Below are positions 28,174-38,974 of a stretch of DNA of 55,284 bases, piece after piece. Position 1 is the stretch's first letter, and each line of letters starts with the position of its first letter. Source of the DNA: Campylobacteraceae bacterium. GTDB lineage: Bacteria > Campylobacterota > Campylobacteria > Campylobacterales > Campylobacteraceae. The notes beneath the pieces are model-generated. The model did no database searches. It was given only the letters and a program-made list of their open reading frames with translations, and was not told the DNA's origin. Where the stretch lies: contig JAIROK010000131.1 in NCBI GenBank assembly GCA_031257555.1, positions 1 to 55,284 of the forward strand, in the 5' to 3' direction. The position numbers were made by a program, and so were the translations under genes.

Positions 28174-29382
28174 TTATACAACCTTTAATTTTGCAAATTT
28201 ACGTTTGCCTATTTGTAATATATATTCGCCGCTTTCAAGCTGCAACTGTTCATCTTCTACTCTTTTTTGATTCAATTTTGCAGCACCAGAATTTATATCT
28301 CGACGCGCTTGCGAAGTGGAAGCTGAAAGAGTGCATTCAACAAAAGCTTTTGCTATCCAAACAGGAGCTTTTAGCGTAAACTCCTCCATATCGCTTGGTA
28401 AATCATTTTGCTTATGAACTCTGTCAAACTCATCTTTCGCCGCTTTAGCTCTGTTTTCATCATGAAATCTCGCTGTTATCTCAAACGCCAAAGCCTCTTT
28501 TACCAACTTTGGATGCAAATATCCGTTTTTAACACCGTCTTTTAACTCTCCAATCTCTTTTAACGATTTCCTGCTTAATAGTTCATAATAACGCCACATA
28601 AGTTCATCACTTATACTAAGAATTTTAGCAAACATTAGATTTTGTTCGTCTGTTACACCGATGTAGTTGCCAAGAGATTTGCTCATCTTGTTTACGCCAT
28701 CCAAGCCTTCCAAAAGAGGCATCATGATAACCGCCTGCTCCTTGCCGACATTATAAACCCTTTGAAGCTGTCTTCCCATCAAGAGATTAAATTTTTGGTC
28801 TGTTCCTCCCATCTCTATATCGCATTTTAATGCAACACTGTCATAACCTTGCAACAAAGGATATAAAAATTCACTGATAGAAATAGGGGTTTGTGAACGA
28901 TATCTTTTTTCAAAATCTTCTCTCTCCAACATTCTTGCTACGCTAAAAGTCGTTGTAAGTTCTACCAATCCTGCCGCTCCAAGTTCATTCAGCCATTTAG
29001 AGTTAAATACTATTTGTGTTTTCGCAGGATCTAAAACTTTATAGACTTGCTCTTCATAAGTTTTGGCATTTTTTAAAACACTGTCTTTGTCAAGTTTCTT
29101 TCTTGTCTCATTTTTACCTGTAGGATCGCCTATTTGTCCTGTAAAATCGCCTATTAAAAATTGCACAATGGCACCATACTTTTGAAGCTGCGCCATCTTT
29201 TGCAAAAGCACCGTATGACCCAAATGCAAATCCGGAGCAGTAGGGTCAAATCCGGCTTTTACATAAAAATTCTCATTTTTTTCAAAATAGTTTTTAACAA
29301 GCGCAACCACCCTCTCTTCGTCTATAATCTCGGCAACCCCTCTTTTAATCTCGTCTATCGCCTCTTTTACTCTTTCTGTCAT
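28174..29382 (-). CDS. tyrS: tyrosine--tRNA ligase
   Basis: 402 aa with the HIGH motif (DLHLGH), KMSKS present verbatim, and a C-terminal S4-like domain. Confidence 0.95.
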   Translation of the reverse strand: MTERVKEAIDEIKRGVAEIIDEERVVALVKNYFEKNENFYVKAGFDPTAPDLHLGHTVLLQKMAQLQKYGAIVQFLIGDFTGQIGDPTGKNETRKKLDKDSVLKNAKTYEEQVYKVLDPAKTQIVFNSKWLNELGAAGLVELTTTFSVARMLEREDFEKRYRSQTPISISEFLYPLLQGYDSVALKCDIEMGGTDQKFNLLMGRQLQRVYNVGKEQAVIMMPLLEGLDGVNKMSKSLGNYIGVTDEQNLMFAKILSISDELMWRYYELLSRKSLKEIGELKDGVKNGYLHPKLVKEALAFEITARFHDENRAKAAKDEFDRVHKQNDLPSDMEEFTLKAPVWIAKAFVECTLSASTSQARRDINSGAAKLNQKRVEDEQLQLESGEYILQIGKRKFAKLKVV

Positions 29383-29391
29383 ATTTTACCT

Positions 29392-31566
29392 TTATACTGT
29401 TTTGTATGCATCATTCAACGACATAAAATCTATTAATTTATAGCGTTCTCTTATATTGTCTCTTATCTGCTCCGGTTTTACATCTTCTGGTAGTTCTATT
29501 ACAATTTTGAAGTAGTCTGCCGCCCCATCTTCTGCTTTTTTAAGCTCTATAGTTTGAATATTTACTTGAATTTTAGCCAAAAACGTTAAAAATGCTGCCA
29601 AAGAACCTCTTTTATTTTCAATGCTGACCAAAATCTTGTATCGCATAGGAGCATCTCTTGTCCATTTGACAAAAATCATCTGCTCTTTGTTTTCCATCAA
29701 TTTTGCTGCTTGTTCGCACATTTTATGATGCACTGTAACATCGCCTGTTTTTTTTACGAAACCTATCACGTCGTCGCCTCTTTTGGGATGGCAGCAATAA
29801 TTAAACATAACAGAATTTACTGTTTGATTGGAGTATACTACTATATTTTCAAATTTTTGCTTTTTTACTTGATATCTGTTGCGTTTTAGTATCGGTATTA
29901 AAATTTTTTCACCTATAGGGTATTTTTTAAGAGCATTCACAACATCTTGCAAATAGACAGAATCTGTAGCTGCTTTATCTATCTTTTTATCAAGCTTTTC
30001 TTTTTTAAGCCATGCTAAAAGCTTATTTTCTTTTATATTGAAAATACCCAAAAGTATCTCGACAGCTACTCTATAATTAAGTTCTCTTATTTTTTGACGA
30101 CAAGCTTGCATAATAGCTGTTCTTGCCTTTCCTGTTTTGACACTGTTTACCCAGCTGCATCTATATATCGGTTCTTCATTTGTTACAATGCGCACTATAT
30201 CGCCATTTTTAAGTTCTGTTAAAAGCGGTGCTTTTTGTCTGTTAATATAAGCTTCTTTTGCGTGAAAACCAACTTCAGTGTGAATCTCATATGCAAAATC
30301 AAGCGCTGTAGCACCTCTTGATAAAGTAAAAATGTCACCCTTAGGAGAAAAAACGGCTATATCTTCACTATATAGATAGCTATCTTTTGTAAACTCGTAA
30401 AATTCTGCTACATCATCACTCTCATCATCTTTATGTTTAAGCTCATTAAGCCAATCAAGTTTTGGATTTATACCGCCTGAATATTTATACTTCCAATGCG
30501 CAGCCACACCGAATTCTGCGATATTGTGCATATCAAAAGTACGTATTTGAGCTTCTATGATAGATTTGTCATCGAAAATAGTCGTGTGAATAGTCTGGTA
30601 TCCATTGTCTTTTGGTATGGCAATATAATCTTTAAAGCGTGAAATAATGGGATTGAAATACTGGTGCATAATGCCCAAAATTTTGTAGCAATCAAGCGTC
30701 TCTTTGACGATAATCCTGGTAGCTATCAAATCCAAAACTTCCTCTATCGAAATACCTTTTCTTTGCATCTTTATATAGATAGAGTAGTGATGCTTAATGC
30801 GCTTTTCAAGCTTGTAATCACTTTCTGCAAAACCATTTTGACTCATTAGAGTTTTGATTGTCTCGATAAAGTGGTTGAGCCTTAATTGAAACTGCTGTTT
30901 GTGTTCTGATAAGTATTCGTCTATTTTTCTATACTCTTCTGGCATAACATACAAAAAGCTATAATTTTCCAAATAATTTTTGATAGATGAGATTCCAAGC
31001 CTATGAGCTATCGGGGCATAAACTACAAGTGTCTCTTCGGCTATTCTTTTTTGTTTATTTGAAGGCAGTGCACCCAATGTCATCATATTATGAAGTCTGT
31101 CGCAAAGCTTTATAACCAATACTCTAACATCGCTAATGGAAGCTATTAGCATTTTGCGAAAAGACATGGCAGAATTCATCAGCTTTTCATTTGAATGCGA
31201 AGGAGCCAACTTATCTTCTCTTATAGCTACAATTTTAGTGAGTCCCTCTACGATATTGGCTACATCTTCGCCAAATAACTTTTTTACATCTTCAATAGTA
31301 GTTTCGGTATCTTCAACAACATCATGCAGTAAAGCCGCTATAACCATAGTCTCATCACCACCGTAATGTGCTACGATAGAGGCTACAACAAGGGGGTGAA
31401 CAACGTATGGCTCGCCGCTTTTTCTAAACTGTCCCTCGTGTTGTTTTACGGCAAGATTTATGGCTTGTGAGATATTTTGACTGTTTTCTTTAAAAAAACC
31501 AAGCAAAAGTTTTTTGGCTTCATCTATTTTTCTGCATGTATTTATCTTTTCGAGCAACTCCTCCAT
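29392..31566 (-). CDS. spoT: bifunctional (p)ppGpp synthetase/hydrolase
   Basis: 724 aa with an HD hydrolase domain (HDVVEDT), a RelA/SpoT synthetase core (YQTIHTT), and TGS and C-terminal ACT-like domains. Confidence 0.93.
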   Translation of the reverse strand: MEELLEKINTCRKIDEAKKLLLGFFKENSQNISQAINLAVKQHEGQFRKSGEPYVVHPLVVASIVAHYGGDETMVIAALLHDVVEDTETTIEDVKKLFGEDVANIVEGLTKIVAIREDKLAPSHSNEKLMNSAMSFRKMLIASISDVRVLVIKLCDRLHNMMTLGALPSNKQKRIAEETLVVYAPIAHRLGISSIKNYLENYSFLYVMPEEYRKIDEYLSEHKQQFQLRLNHFIETIKTLMSQNGFAESDYKLEKRIKHHYSIYIKMQRKGISIEEVLDLIATRIIVKETLDCYKILGIMHQYFNPIISRFKDYIAIPKDNGYQTIHTTIFDDKSIIEAQIRTFDMHNIAEFGVAAHWKYKYSGGINPKLDWLNELKHKDDESDDVAEFYEFTKDSYLYSEDIAVFSPKGDIFTLSRGATALDFAYEIHTEVGFHAKEAYINRQKAPLLTELKNGDIVRIVTNEEPIYRCSWVNSVKTGKARTAIMQACRQKIRELNYRVAVEILLGIFNIKENKLLAWLKKEKLDKKIDKAATDSVYLQDVVNALKKYPIGEKILIPILKRNRYQVKKQKFENIVVYSNQTVNSVMFNYCCHPKRGDDVIGFVKKTGDVTVHHKMCEQAAKLMENKEQMIFVKWTRDAPMRYKILVSIENKRGSLAAFLTFLAKIQVNIQTIELKKAEDGAADYFKIVIELPEDVKPEQIRDNIRERYKLIDFMSLNDAYKTV

Positions 31567-31590
31567 TTTGATTACCTCAAAACCATCTTT

Positions 31591-31806
31591 TTAATAAGAG
31601 CGTTCCTCTAAAATCTCTACATCTATTTTACCTTCAGCTATCTCATATAATGCTATATCTACCGGTTTCATATCTTTAGCTGTTGCCACCAAAGGTTCAG
31701 CGCCTTTCGCTAACTGCTCTGCTCTTTTTGATACAAGGACTGCTAATTTGTATCTATCATTTCCTATTGTCGCTAATGCTTTTGCTGTTACTTGTTCGCT
31801 TCTCAT
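31591..31806 (-). CDS. rpoZ: DNA-directed RNA polymerase subunit omega
   Basis: 71 aa with [16 protein letters not shown], typical of RpoZ. Its position between spoT and pyrH matches other Campylobacter genomes. Confidence 0.85.
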   Translation of the reverse strand: MRSEQVTAKALATIGNDRYKLAVLVSKRAEQLAKGAEPLVATAKDMKPVDIALYEIAEGKIDVEILEERSY

Positions 31807-31828
31807 TTTATTTTTTCCTTGTTTTAAT

Positions 31829-32602
<774 letters not shown>

Positions 32603-32834
32603 TTAAAAACTCTTGTATTTTGCGTAAATAGTGCATTATTTAATTAATAATAAGATATTTTTTATCCCATTGCTGCAAAAAGCAAATATTTCATTTTATT
32701 TTGCAATGCAAAGTATTTCTCAAGTCAACACAAACACCTCTTTTGCATCAGTGAAGTTTAAAATACTCAGCATGGCAAAACAAAATAGATATCCTCAAAT
32801 CTTAAAACAAACTAAGCAATTTTACCCGATTTCA

Positions 32835-34046
32835 TTATCTAATTTTAGAAAAGATGATAGCGCCGTTTGTGCCGCCAAATCCATAATTTGTTGTTAGTAC
32901 ATCGCGCAATTCTATCTTTCTGGCAATATTTGGCACATAATCCAAATCGCACTCCGAATCCGCTTCGCAGTAATTAATCGTCGGCGGAATAATATTTTGG
33001 TCTAATGCCATAATCGAAACAACTGCCTCTATAGCTCCGGTAGCGCCCAAACAGTGTCCGGTACTTCCTTTAATAGAGCTCACCGGAGGCACTTTGTCTC
33101 CAAAAGCCTTTTTTATAGCTCTTGTCTCATTTGCATCTCCTATAGGAGTGCTGGTGCCATGTGCGTTTATATAGTCAACACTTTCTAAGCCTGCCATTTT
33201 CAGTGCAGCTTGCATAGCTCTTACCGGACCATTCATATCCGGCGATGTTATATGTATAGCATCGGCACTCTCTCCAAAACCGGATATCTGAGCGTATATC
33301 TTAGCTCCTCTATTTACTGCGTGCTCATATGATTCAAGTATTAGTGCCGCCGCGCCTTCTCCCAATACAAAACCATCTCTGTTTTTATCAAAAGGTCTAG
33401 ATGCTGTTTTTGGGTCGTCATTTCTGGTTGAAAGCGCTTTGATTGTGCTAAATCCGCGCAATCCAAGTTCACATACAGTCGACTCACTGCCAACAGCAAC
33501 CATAACATCCGCACCACCAATCATTATGGTTTTTGCAGCTTGCGTAATAGCGTGCAGTCCTGCTGTGCATGCAGTAGTCGATGACAGATTTGGTCCTTTT
33601 AAATTAAAGTATATAGATGCGTAACCGGGTAGCATATTTGTAATTGTTCCTGGTATAAAGAATGGCGAAATCTTTTTATCATCAAAGTTTTTTTCCGCAT
33701 TCGTTTGAATCATAGGCAGTCCGCCTATGCCTGTAGCACCGCAAACTCCGATTCTATTGCAGTCAAACTCACTTGTGTTTAACTTAGCATCATTTAAGGC
33801 TTCTCTGATGGCATACAACCCTATATGAACAAATCTATCACATTTTTTGATATCTTTTGGATCCATTATAGATATTGGATCAAAACCTTTTATTTCACTT
33901 GCTATTTTTACGCTGTCTTTGCTCGCATCAAAATGCGTTATAAGATCCACTCCACTAATTCCATTCACCATAGCATTAAATGACTCTTTAGCGCTATTTC
34001 CTACGCCATTTATCATTCCAACTCCCGTTACTACGACTTTTTTCAT
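32835..34046 (-). CDS. fabF: beta-ketoacyl-ACP synthase II (FabF-type), probably a paralogue associated with the adjacent AT-rich cluster
   Basis: 403 aa with an intact Cys-His-His triad in canonical contexts (TACTAGLHAI, NAHGTSTPIGD, GSTGHCLGATG). Its G+C is like the host, and it lies 77 nt downstream of the FabZ-like gene on the same strand. Confidence 0.88.
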   Translation of the reverse strand: MKKVVVTGVGMINGVGNSAKESFNAMVNGISGVDLITHFDASKDSVKIASEIKGFDPISIMDPKDIKKCDRFVHIGLYAIREALNDAKLNTSEFDCNRIGVCGATGIGGLPMIQTNAEKNFDDKKISPFFIPGTITNMLPGYASIYFNLKGPNLSSTTACTAGLHAITQAAKTIMIGGADVMVAVGSESTVCELGLRGFSTIKALSTRNDDPKTASRPFDKNRDGFVLGEGAAALILESYEHAVNRGAKIYAQISGFGESADAIHITSPDMNGPVRAMQAALKMAGLESVDYINAHGTSTPIGDANETRAIKKAFGDKVPPVSSIKGSTGHCLGATGAIEAVVSIMALDQNIIPPTINYCEADSECDLDYVPNIARKIELRDVLTTNYGFGGTNGAIIFSKIR

Positions 34047-34123
34047 TTTATATTATACCTTTCTACTATTTTTTAACTATAAAAATTTATTTTGACACAA
34101 CTCGTATTTAATATTGCTTTTAA

Positions 34124-34561
34124 TCATTGCTTAAATGACACAATTAATTCTACTTCGGTAACAACATAATTGTCTACAAAAGCTTCTCCTCTAATTTTCC
34201 ATACATTCATATATTTTTCAATCAACATTACCTTGTATTTCAATTTATCTCCCGTAACAACATGTTTTCTAAATTTTGCTTTGTCTATTTTTAAAAGATA
34301 TATTTCTTTATCAATATTATTAATTTCATTTTCTAAACTATAAAAAATAAATATACCACTAGCCTGAGCCAATCCTTCAACGATTAAAACATCTGGATAT
34401 ATTGATTTTTTCTGAAAATATCCTTGAAATATTTCTTCATTTATAGTTATATTTTTATAGCATTTCAAAAAAATATTTTTTTGGATCTCAGTAACTCTAT
34501 CTACAAGTAAAAAAGGATATCTATGTGGTAAAACTTTTCTTATATCACTTATGTCCAACAT
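34124..34561 (-). CDS. FabZ-like hotdog-fold protein with catalytic His replaced by Tyr
   Basis: 145 aa with LPHRYPFLLVDRV and NEEIFQGYFQKKSIYPDVLIVEGLAQASG. This aligns with E. coli FabZ [29 protein letters not shown]. His54 becomes Tyr48 (codon 34418-34420), while the Glu of IVEG is retained. Confidence 0.8.
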   Translation of the reverse strand: MLDISDIRKVLPHRYPFLLVDRVTEIQKNIFLKCYKNITINEEIFQGYFQKKSIYPDVLIVEGLAQASGIFIFYSLENEINNIDKEIYLLKIDKAKFRKHVVTGDKLKYKVMLIEKYMNVWKIRGEAFVDNYVVTEVELIVSFKQ

Positions 34562-36111
34562 TAAAAATCCTCAATATTATTATTTTTTAGTATTTGTTTG
34601 TTTACTTTACCCATAATATTTCTTTCTAATTGATTGCAAAATATAAACTGTTTAGGTATTTTGTATTGAGCTAGCTGTTTTTCTAAATATTTTTTCAATA
34701 TTTTTTCATATTCTAACGTATTTATATGTTCATTAATATCGCATTCTATGTATGCAGTTACAACTTCTTCATTTTTCTCATTTAATTTGCCTACTACTGC
34801 CGAAAGCTTGACTATATCATGCTTATCAAGCAAATCTTCAATTTCTTTAGGATAAATATTCATCCCTTTAGATATTATTAAATCCTTTTCTCTTCCGACT
34901 AAAAATAAATATCCTTCTTCATCAAGATAGCCAAGATCACCGGTTTTTAAAAAATTATCTACGATTGTTTTTTTGGTCTCTTCAAAGTTGTTTAGATACC
35001 CCTTCATAATATTTTCACCAGCAACAAATACTTTTCCAATTTCTCTTATTGCTGCCTCTTTTTCATTTTGCATAATTTTAATCTTATAGCCAGGGAATGG
35101 CAACCCTACTGAATTAAGTTTTTGTTTTTTTCTTGGATTTAAAGAAACAGTAGGCCCAGCTTCCGTTAAACCGTAAGCTTCTAACATATCTGCTCCTTTA
35201 AATCTCTTTTGCATTGTTTCTAAAATTTCACTTTGCAGAGGTGACCCGCCTGAAACGAATGCATTTATTTTATTAAAAATAAAAAAATACCACGGTAAAT
35301 TTGCTTTTGATAAGGCTTTATATACTTCTGGCACTCCTAACACTATAGTAACACGCTTTAATAAAATTTCTTTTATTATATTATTAAAAGGCTTTACAGA
35401 TTTTATTATTACAACGCTTGAAAAACTATATAAAGGCAAAATAAGGCCTATAGTAAAAGTAAAAGAGTGAAACATGGGAAGAAAAACTATAAATCTATCT
35501 TTAGATTTAATATTTGCATGTTTTGAACCAGCATCAGCATTAGATAAGATATTTCTATTTGTTAAAATTACACCTTTTGGCTTACCTGTTGTACCAGAAG
35601 TATACATGATCACAGCTTCGTCATCTAACGCTTTTTCACCTCTAGGTATATAACAAATATCGTACTTATCATAAGTTTTATCATTTAAAATAGAATCCTT
35701 ATAAATAATTTTTGAAATTTTTGCTTTGATATTATCGTCTATATTCCTTTCAAAAATATTCGACATTATTATATTTTTAATATCAGCATCATTGATTATA
35801 TATTCAATTTCTCTTGAAGTCAAAAAAGTATTTATTGGAATTGCTATTGCATTTATCTTAGAAATAGCAAATATGGAAACGATATATTCAATACTGTTTT
35901 CCATCAATATCGCAACTCTATCACCACTTTTAATATTTTCAGAAGATAAATGTGCAGCAAAACATTTGGAGTATTTATTAAGCATACTATATGATATTTT
36001 TTTATTTTGATAATATAATGCTATTTTTTTATCATGTTTATTTTTATAAATAATATCATATAAGGTATTACATTTATAGATACTACTATTGCTATTTATT
36101 TTTATTGTCAT
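34561..36111 (-). CDS. AMP-dependent synthetase/ligase (acyl-CoA / acyl-ACP synthetase family)
   Basis: 516 aa with MYTSGTTGKPKGV, GYGLTE-like (AYGLTEAG) and GDLGYLDEEGYLFLVGREKDLIISKG motifs. Confidence 0.85.
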   Translation of the reverse strand: MTIKINSNSSIYKCNTLYDIIYKNKHDKKIALYYQNKKISYSMLNKYSKCFAAHLSSENIKSGDRVAILMENSIEYIVSIFAISKINAIAIPINTFLTSREIEYIINDADIKNIIMSNIFERNIDDNIKAKISKIIYKDSILNDKTYDKYDICYIPRGEKALDDEAVIMYTSGTTGKPKGVILTNRNILSNADAGSKHANIKSKDRFIVFLPMFHSFTFTIGLILPLYSFSSVVIIKSVKPFNNIIKEILLKRVTIVLGVPEVYKALSKANLPWYFFIFNKINAFVSGGSPLQSEILETMQKRFKGADMLEAYGLTEAGPTVSLNPRKKQKLNSVGLPFPGYKIKIMQNEKEAAIREIGKVFVAGENIMKGYLNNFEETKKTIVDNFLKTGDLGYLDEEGYLFLVGREKDLIISKGMNIYPKEIEDLLDKHDIVKLSAVVGKLNEKNEEVVTAYIECDINEHINTLEYEKILKKYLEKQLAQYKIPKQFIFCNQLERNIMGKVNKQILKNNNIEDF

Positions 36112-36536
36112 AATATTATTCCTATAATTTGTTTAATCGCTACAAATGAGATAAAAATAAATGAAATCACCATGCTAAATGTCAATAATTTTAGGTATAT
36201 TTTTGACCTTGCAATATTGATCTTATAAAAATAAAAAATCTGCCATAAAGCTCTCCATGCCCAAAAAACTGCAATTAATAACCAAAACCACAATAAGTTA
36301 TTTGAATTATCCGATATTTGTTTTCCATAAATTATAAATAACATGCCAATTACAAGCAATAATAATGCCACTACCCATAATAGAGTATTGATCAATCTAG
36401 AATTCAAATATGTTACTAATTCAATATTTTTGCTCCATTCTTTAAATAATTTTTTCCACACAAAAGGTATATGCATTATTCCTAGAATAATTTTTAAAAA
36501 ACCACAAATATACAATAGCAAAATAAGATCTTTCAA
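36108..36536 (-). CDS. small integral membrane protein (about 4 TM helices), function unknown
   Basis: 142 aa, very hydrophobic and Trp-rich (LLWFWLLIAVFWAWRALWQIFYFY). An ATGA overlap with the AMP-ligase gene indicates translational coupling. Confidence 0.6.
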   Translation of the reverse strand: MKDLILLLYICGFLKIILGIMHIPFVWKKLFKEWSKNIELVTYLNSRLINTLLWVVALLLLVIGMLFIIYGKQISDNSNNLLWFWLLIAVFWAWRALWQIFYFYKINIARSKIYLKLLTFSMVISFIFISFVAIKQIIGIIL

Positions 36537-36538
36537 AT

Positions 36539-36925
36539 TTAATCCTTTTTAAAGTTTTTTAAAAAAAGATTGTAATATTTATCTGGCATAATAGCTGGTT
36601 TTCCATTTTCAACATACACCAACCTAATATCCATTTCAAAAATTTTTATTCCATTTCTGGTTATAAACTGTTTAGCCAAAACTGATGTTTTTTTTAATAT
36701 AGATATATAACCACCAAGCTTAAGCATATCACCAAGATAAGCAGGCTGCATATAGTTTGCATTTATTGACCTAATAACCAAAGCACCTTTTTCTGATTTC
36801 ATATCAATATCGCTTTCAAAAAATAATTCGCTTCTGGCTCTATCGCAATATTTAATATAATTTGTATGATAAACTATGCCCAAAGCATCAGTATCTTCAT
36901 AGTAAATTCTAATATTCATATTCAC
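36539..36925 (-). CDS. 4HBT/YbgC-type hotdog acyl-CoA (acyl-ACP) thioesterase
   Basis: 128 aa with IRIYYEDTDALGIVYHTNYIKY, the YbgC-family N-terminal catalytic-Asp motif. Confidence 0.8.
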   Translation of the reverse strand: MNMNIRIYYEDTDALGIVYHTNYIKYCDRARSELFFESDIDMKSEKGALVIRSINANYMQPAYLGDMLKLGGYISILKKTSVLAKQFITRNGIKIFEMDIRLVYVENGKPAIMPDKYYNLFLKNFKKD

Positions 36926-36943
36926 TCCTTTATTTTAATTTCA

Positions 36944-37693
36944 TTACATATATAATCCACCATTAATTTTCATGGTTTCTCCAGTAATATATTTTGAATA
37001 ATCACTTAGCAAAAAAGCTACACCATAAGAAACGTCTTCTGCTCTACCGAAATCACCAAGTGGGATTTTGGATATAAAATTATCTTTAACGCTTTTAGGA
37101 AGGTTAAATGTCATGTCTGTATGTACTAATCCAGGTGTTATTGAGTTAAAACGAATATTTCTTCTAGCTCCTTCAAGGGCTAATGTTTTTGTCATAGCAA
37201 TAATTGCTCCTTTTGATGCTGAATAATTTACTTGTCCTATATTTCCAATTTCTCCCGCTATGGAAGATATATTTACCACGCTACCAAACTTTTTCTTTGA
37301 CATAATTTTCAAAGCTTCTTTAGATGTTAAAAAACAAGAAGTTGTATTTATGCTTAGCACATCTGTAAAATTGTCCATATCCATTGATATAGTTAGACTA
37401 TCTTTAGTTATTCCGGCATTATTGACAAGATAATCTAGCTCTTTATCAATTTTACAAATATAATCAAATGCTTCTTTTACATTATTTTCATTAGATGCAT
37501 CAAATTGTATAAGTTCAATATTTGGATTATGAATTTCTTTCTTGATTTTATCTCTAAGTTCAATTGCATTTTTTTCACTTTTATTATAGTTTATCCATAC
37601 TTTTAAACCAAAACCAGCCAACGTTAATGCTATATTTGCACCAATTCCTCTTCCTGCTCCTGTGATAAGGACATTTTTCCCACTAAATTTCAT
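36944..37693 (-). CDS. 3-oxoacyl-ACP reductase (FabG-type SDR)
   Basis: 249 aa with TGAGRGIG cofactor motif, NNAG, and the catalytic S...YSASK tetrad. Confidence 0.88.
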   Translation of the reverse strand: MKFSGKNVLITGAGRGIGANIALTLAGFGLKVWINYNKSEKNAIELRDKIKKEIHNPNIELIQFDASNENNVKEAFDYICKIDKELDYLVNNAGITKDSLTISMDMDNFTDVLSINTTSCFLTSKEALKIMSKKKFGSVVNISSIAGEIGNIGQVNYSASKGAIIAMTKTLALEGARRNIRFNSITPGLVHTDMTFNLPKSVKDNFISKIPLGDFGRAEDVSYGVAFLLSDYSKYITGETMKINGGLYM

Positions 37694-38436
37694 ATATCTT
37701 CCTTGCTAATATATTTTTGAAGAGGAGTATCATATCTATTATCATAGCTACCATTTCTTTTTAAAAGTTTTTTGTAATATATATTTTGTGCAATAAAATT
37801 ATGAATTATGAATGATTTTTTTGACATCTTCAATGGTTTTGCATAGTTTTGAATAAAATGATCATCAAATACGCCATATTTTCCGAAATATATTCCAAGA
37901 TTTTTCAAATCTGTTGTAACTTTTTTAAAATTTAAATGCTTACCAAAATCTTCATCAACTAGCTCTAATAAATTTAGAAATGCTTTTTTAAAACTACTTT
38001 GTTGAATTTTTTTAAATATACTGGCTATTGGTCCAGCACATTTTAATGCAGTTCCATTATATGAAACATTTATATGCCCACAAAAACTTTTAAGATGTTC
38101 AATTAACATTTTAGATCGTTCACTATTTATATACATTTGTTGTATAAAAAAAGAAAATTTTTTTTCATTAATGACATAACTATCTAAATTTTCCATCATT
38201 TTTCTAACGTTCCCAGGCATGGAATGATAAAATACAGGGAACGCAAACAATGTATTTTCGCACTCGTTAATCTTATTTTTTATAATATTTATTTTTTTAC
38301 AGGAAGCATTACCAATATATTCCATGATACATTCATTACCATTAATGCTTTCAAAGCCTTCAATAAAAAAACTTAGATAATAACTTGTATTTCCAAGATT
38401 TTTTTTTGGCGAACCATTAATTATTAATAATTTCAT
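37690..38436 (-). CDS. flavodoxin-fold NAD(P)H-dependent FMN reductase-like protein (no Cys cluster)
   Basis: 248 aa with an N-terminal MKLLIINGSPKKNLGNT phosphate-binding loop typical of the FMN_red/Flavodoxin_2 families, plus a long unique C-terminal extension. Confidence 0.6.
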   Translation of the reverse strand: MKLLIINGSPKKNLGNTSYYLSFFIEGFESINGNECIMEYIGNASCKKINIIKNKINECENTLFAFPVFYHSMPGNVRKMMENLDSYVINEKKFSFFIQQMYINSERSKMLIEHLKSFCGHINVSYNGTALKCAGPIASIFKKIQQSSFKKAFLNLLELVDEDFGKHLNFKKVTTDLKNLGIYFGKYGVFDDHFIQNYAKPLKMSKKSFIIHNFIAQNIYYKKLLKRNGSYDNRYDTPLQKYISKEDI

Positions 38437-38965
38437 AATAAGCCTCTTTTGCGCTAAATTCTCTTATATTTTTAATAAAGACAGGTTTTGTGAACATACT
38501 ATTTGATGCTTCAGTCATTAAATTATTTAATATTTCAAAATCTAATTTTGATTCATTTGACATAAAATCAAATAAAAAAGATGTTTTTGGATATTTTTTA
38601 TATCTTTTTTGATGTCTTGCTATTCCATTAATATATTCGAATTTAATATTTAACAATGGAAGTAATTTATCTAACATAGTTTTTAATTTACTATTTATAA
38701 AGCCATATTTTATTGGGGATATAAAAATAACAAATTCTGATTCAATATATATTTTGTTTATGATATTTGTATCATCTTTCACAATACATAAACCTGGCGT
38801 TTTTATCCAACAAAATAATTCACCAACACAATATTTGATATTATAATCTTTTAAATTTATAACTTTTACCAAATGATTCTTTCCTAATAACTTTAGAAGC
38901 TCTTCAATAAATATCGTTATAACTGAATTATCACATTCATCAGAATTAAATATTGTAATATGCAT
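38417..38965 (-). CDS. degenerate flavodoxin-fold protein (paralogue of the two neighbours)
   Basis: 182 aa with the same beta-alpha-beta start (MHITIFNS) but no GSPK loop. It has a partial Cys motif C-x5-C-x7-C followed by VKDD, which aligns with CIIKDD of the 256-aa paralogue. Confidence 0.45.
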   Translation of the reverse strand: MHITIFNSDECDNSVITIFIEELLKLLGKNHLVKVINLKDYNIKYCVGELFCWIKTPGLCIVKDDTNIINKIYIESEFVIFISPIKYGFINSKLKTMLDKLLPLLNIKFEYINGIARHQKRYKKYPKTSFLFDFMSNESKLDFEILNNLMTEASNSMFTKPVFIKNIREFSAKEAYYEIINN

Positions 38966-38974
38966 AAGTTTTCC

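Noticed and set aside
32631-32897. An 88-aa plus-strand ORF in the pyrH / fabF-like intergenic region.
   Set aside because: It overlaps the 3' end of the fabF-like gene on the opposite strand, has no RBS and has a low-complexity translation. The region is more likely the pyrH promoter plus the fabF-like terminator.
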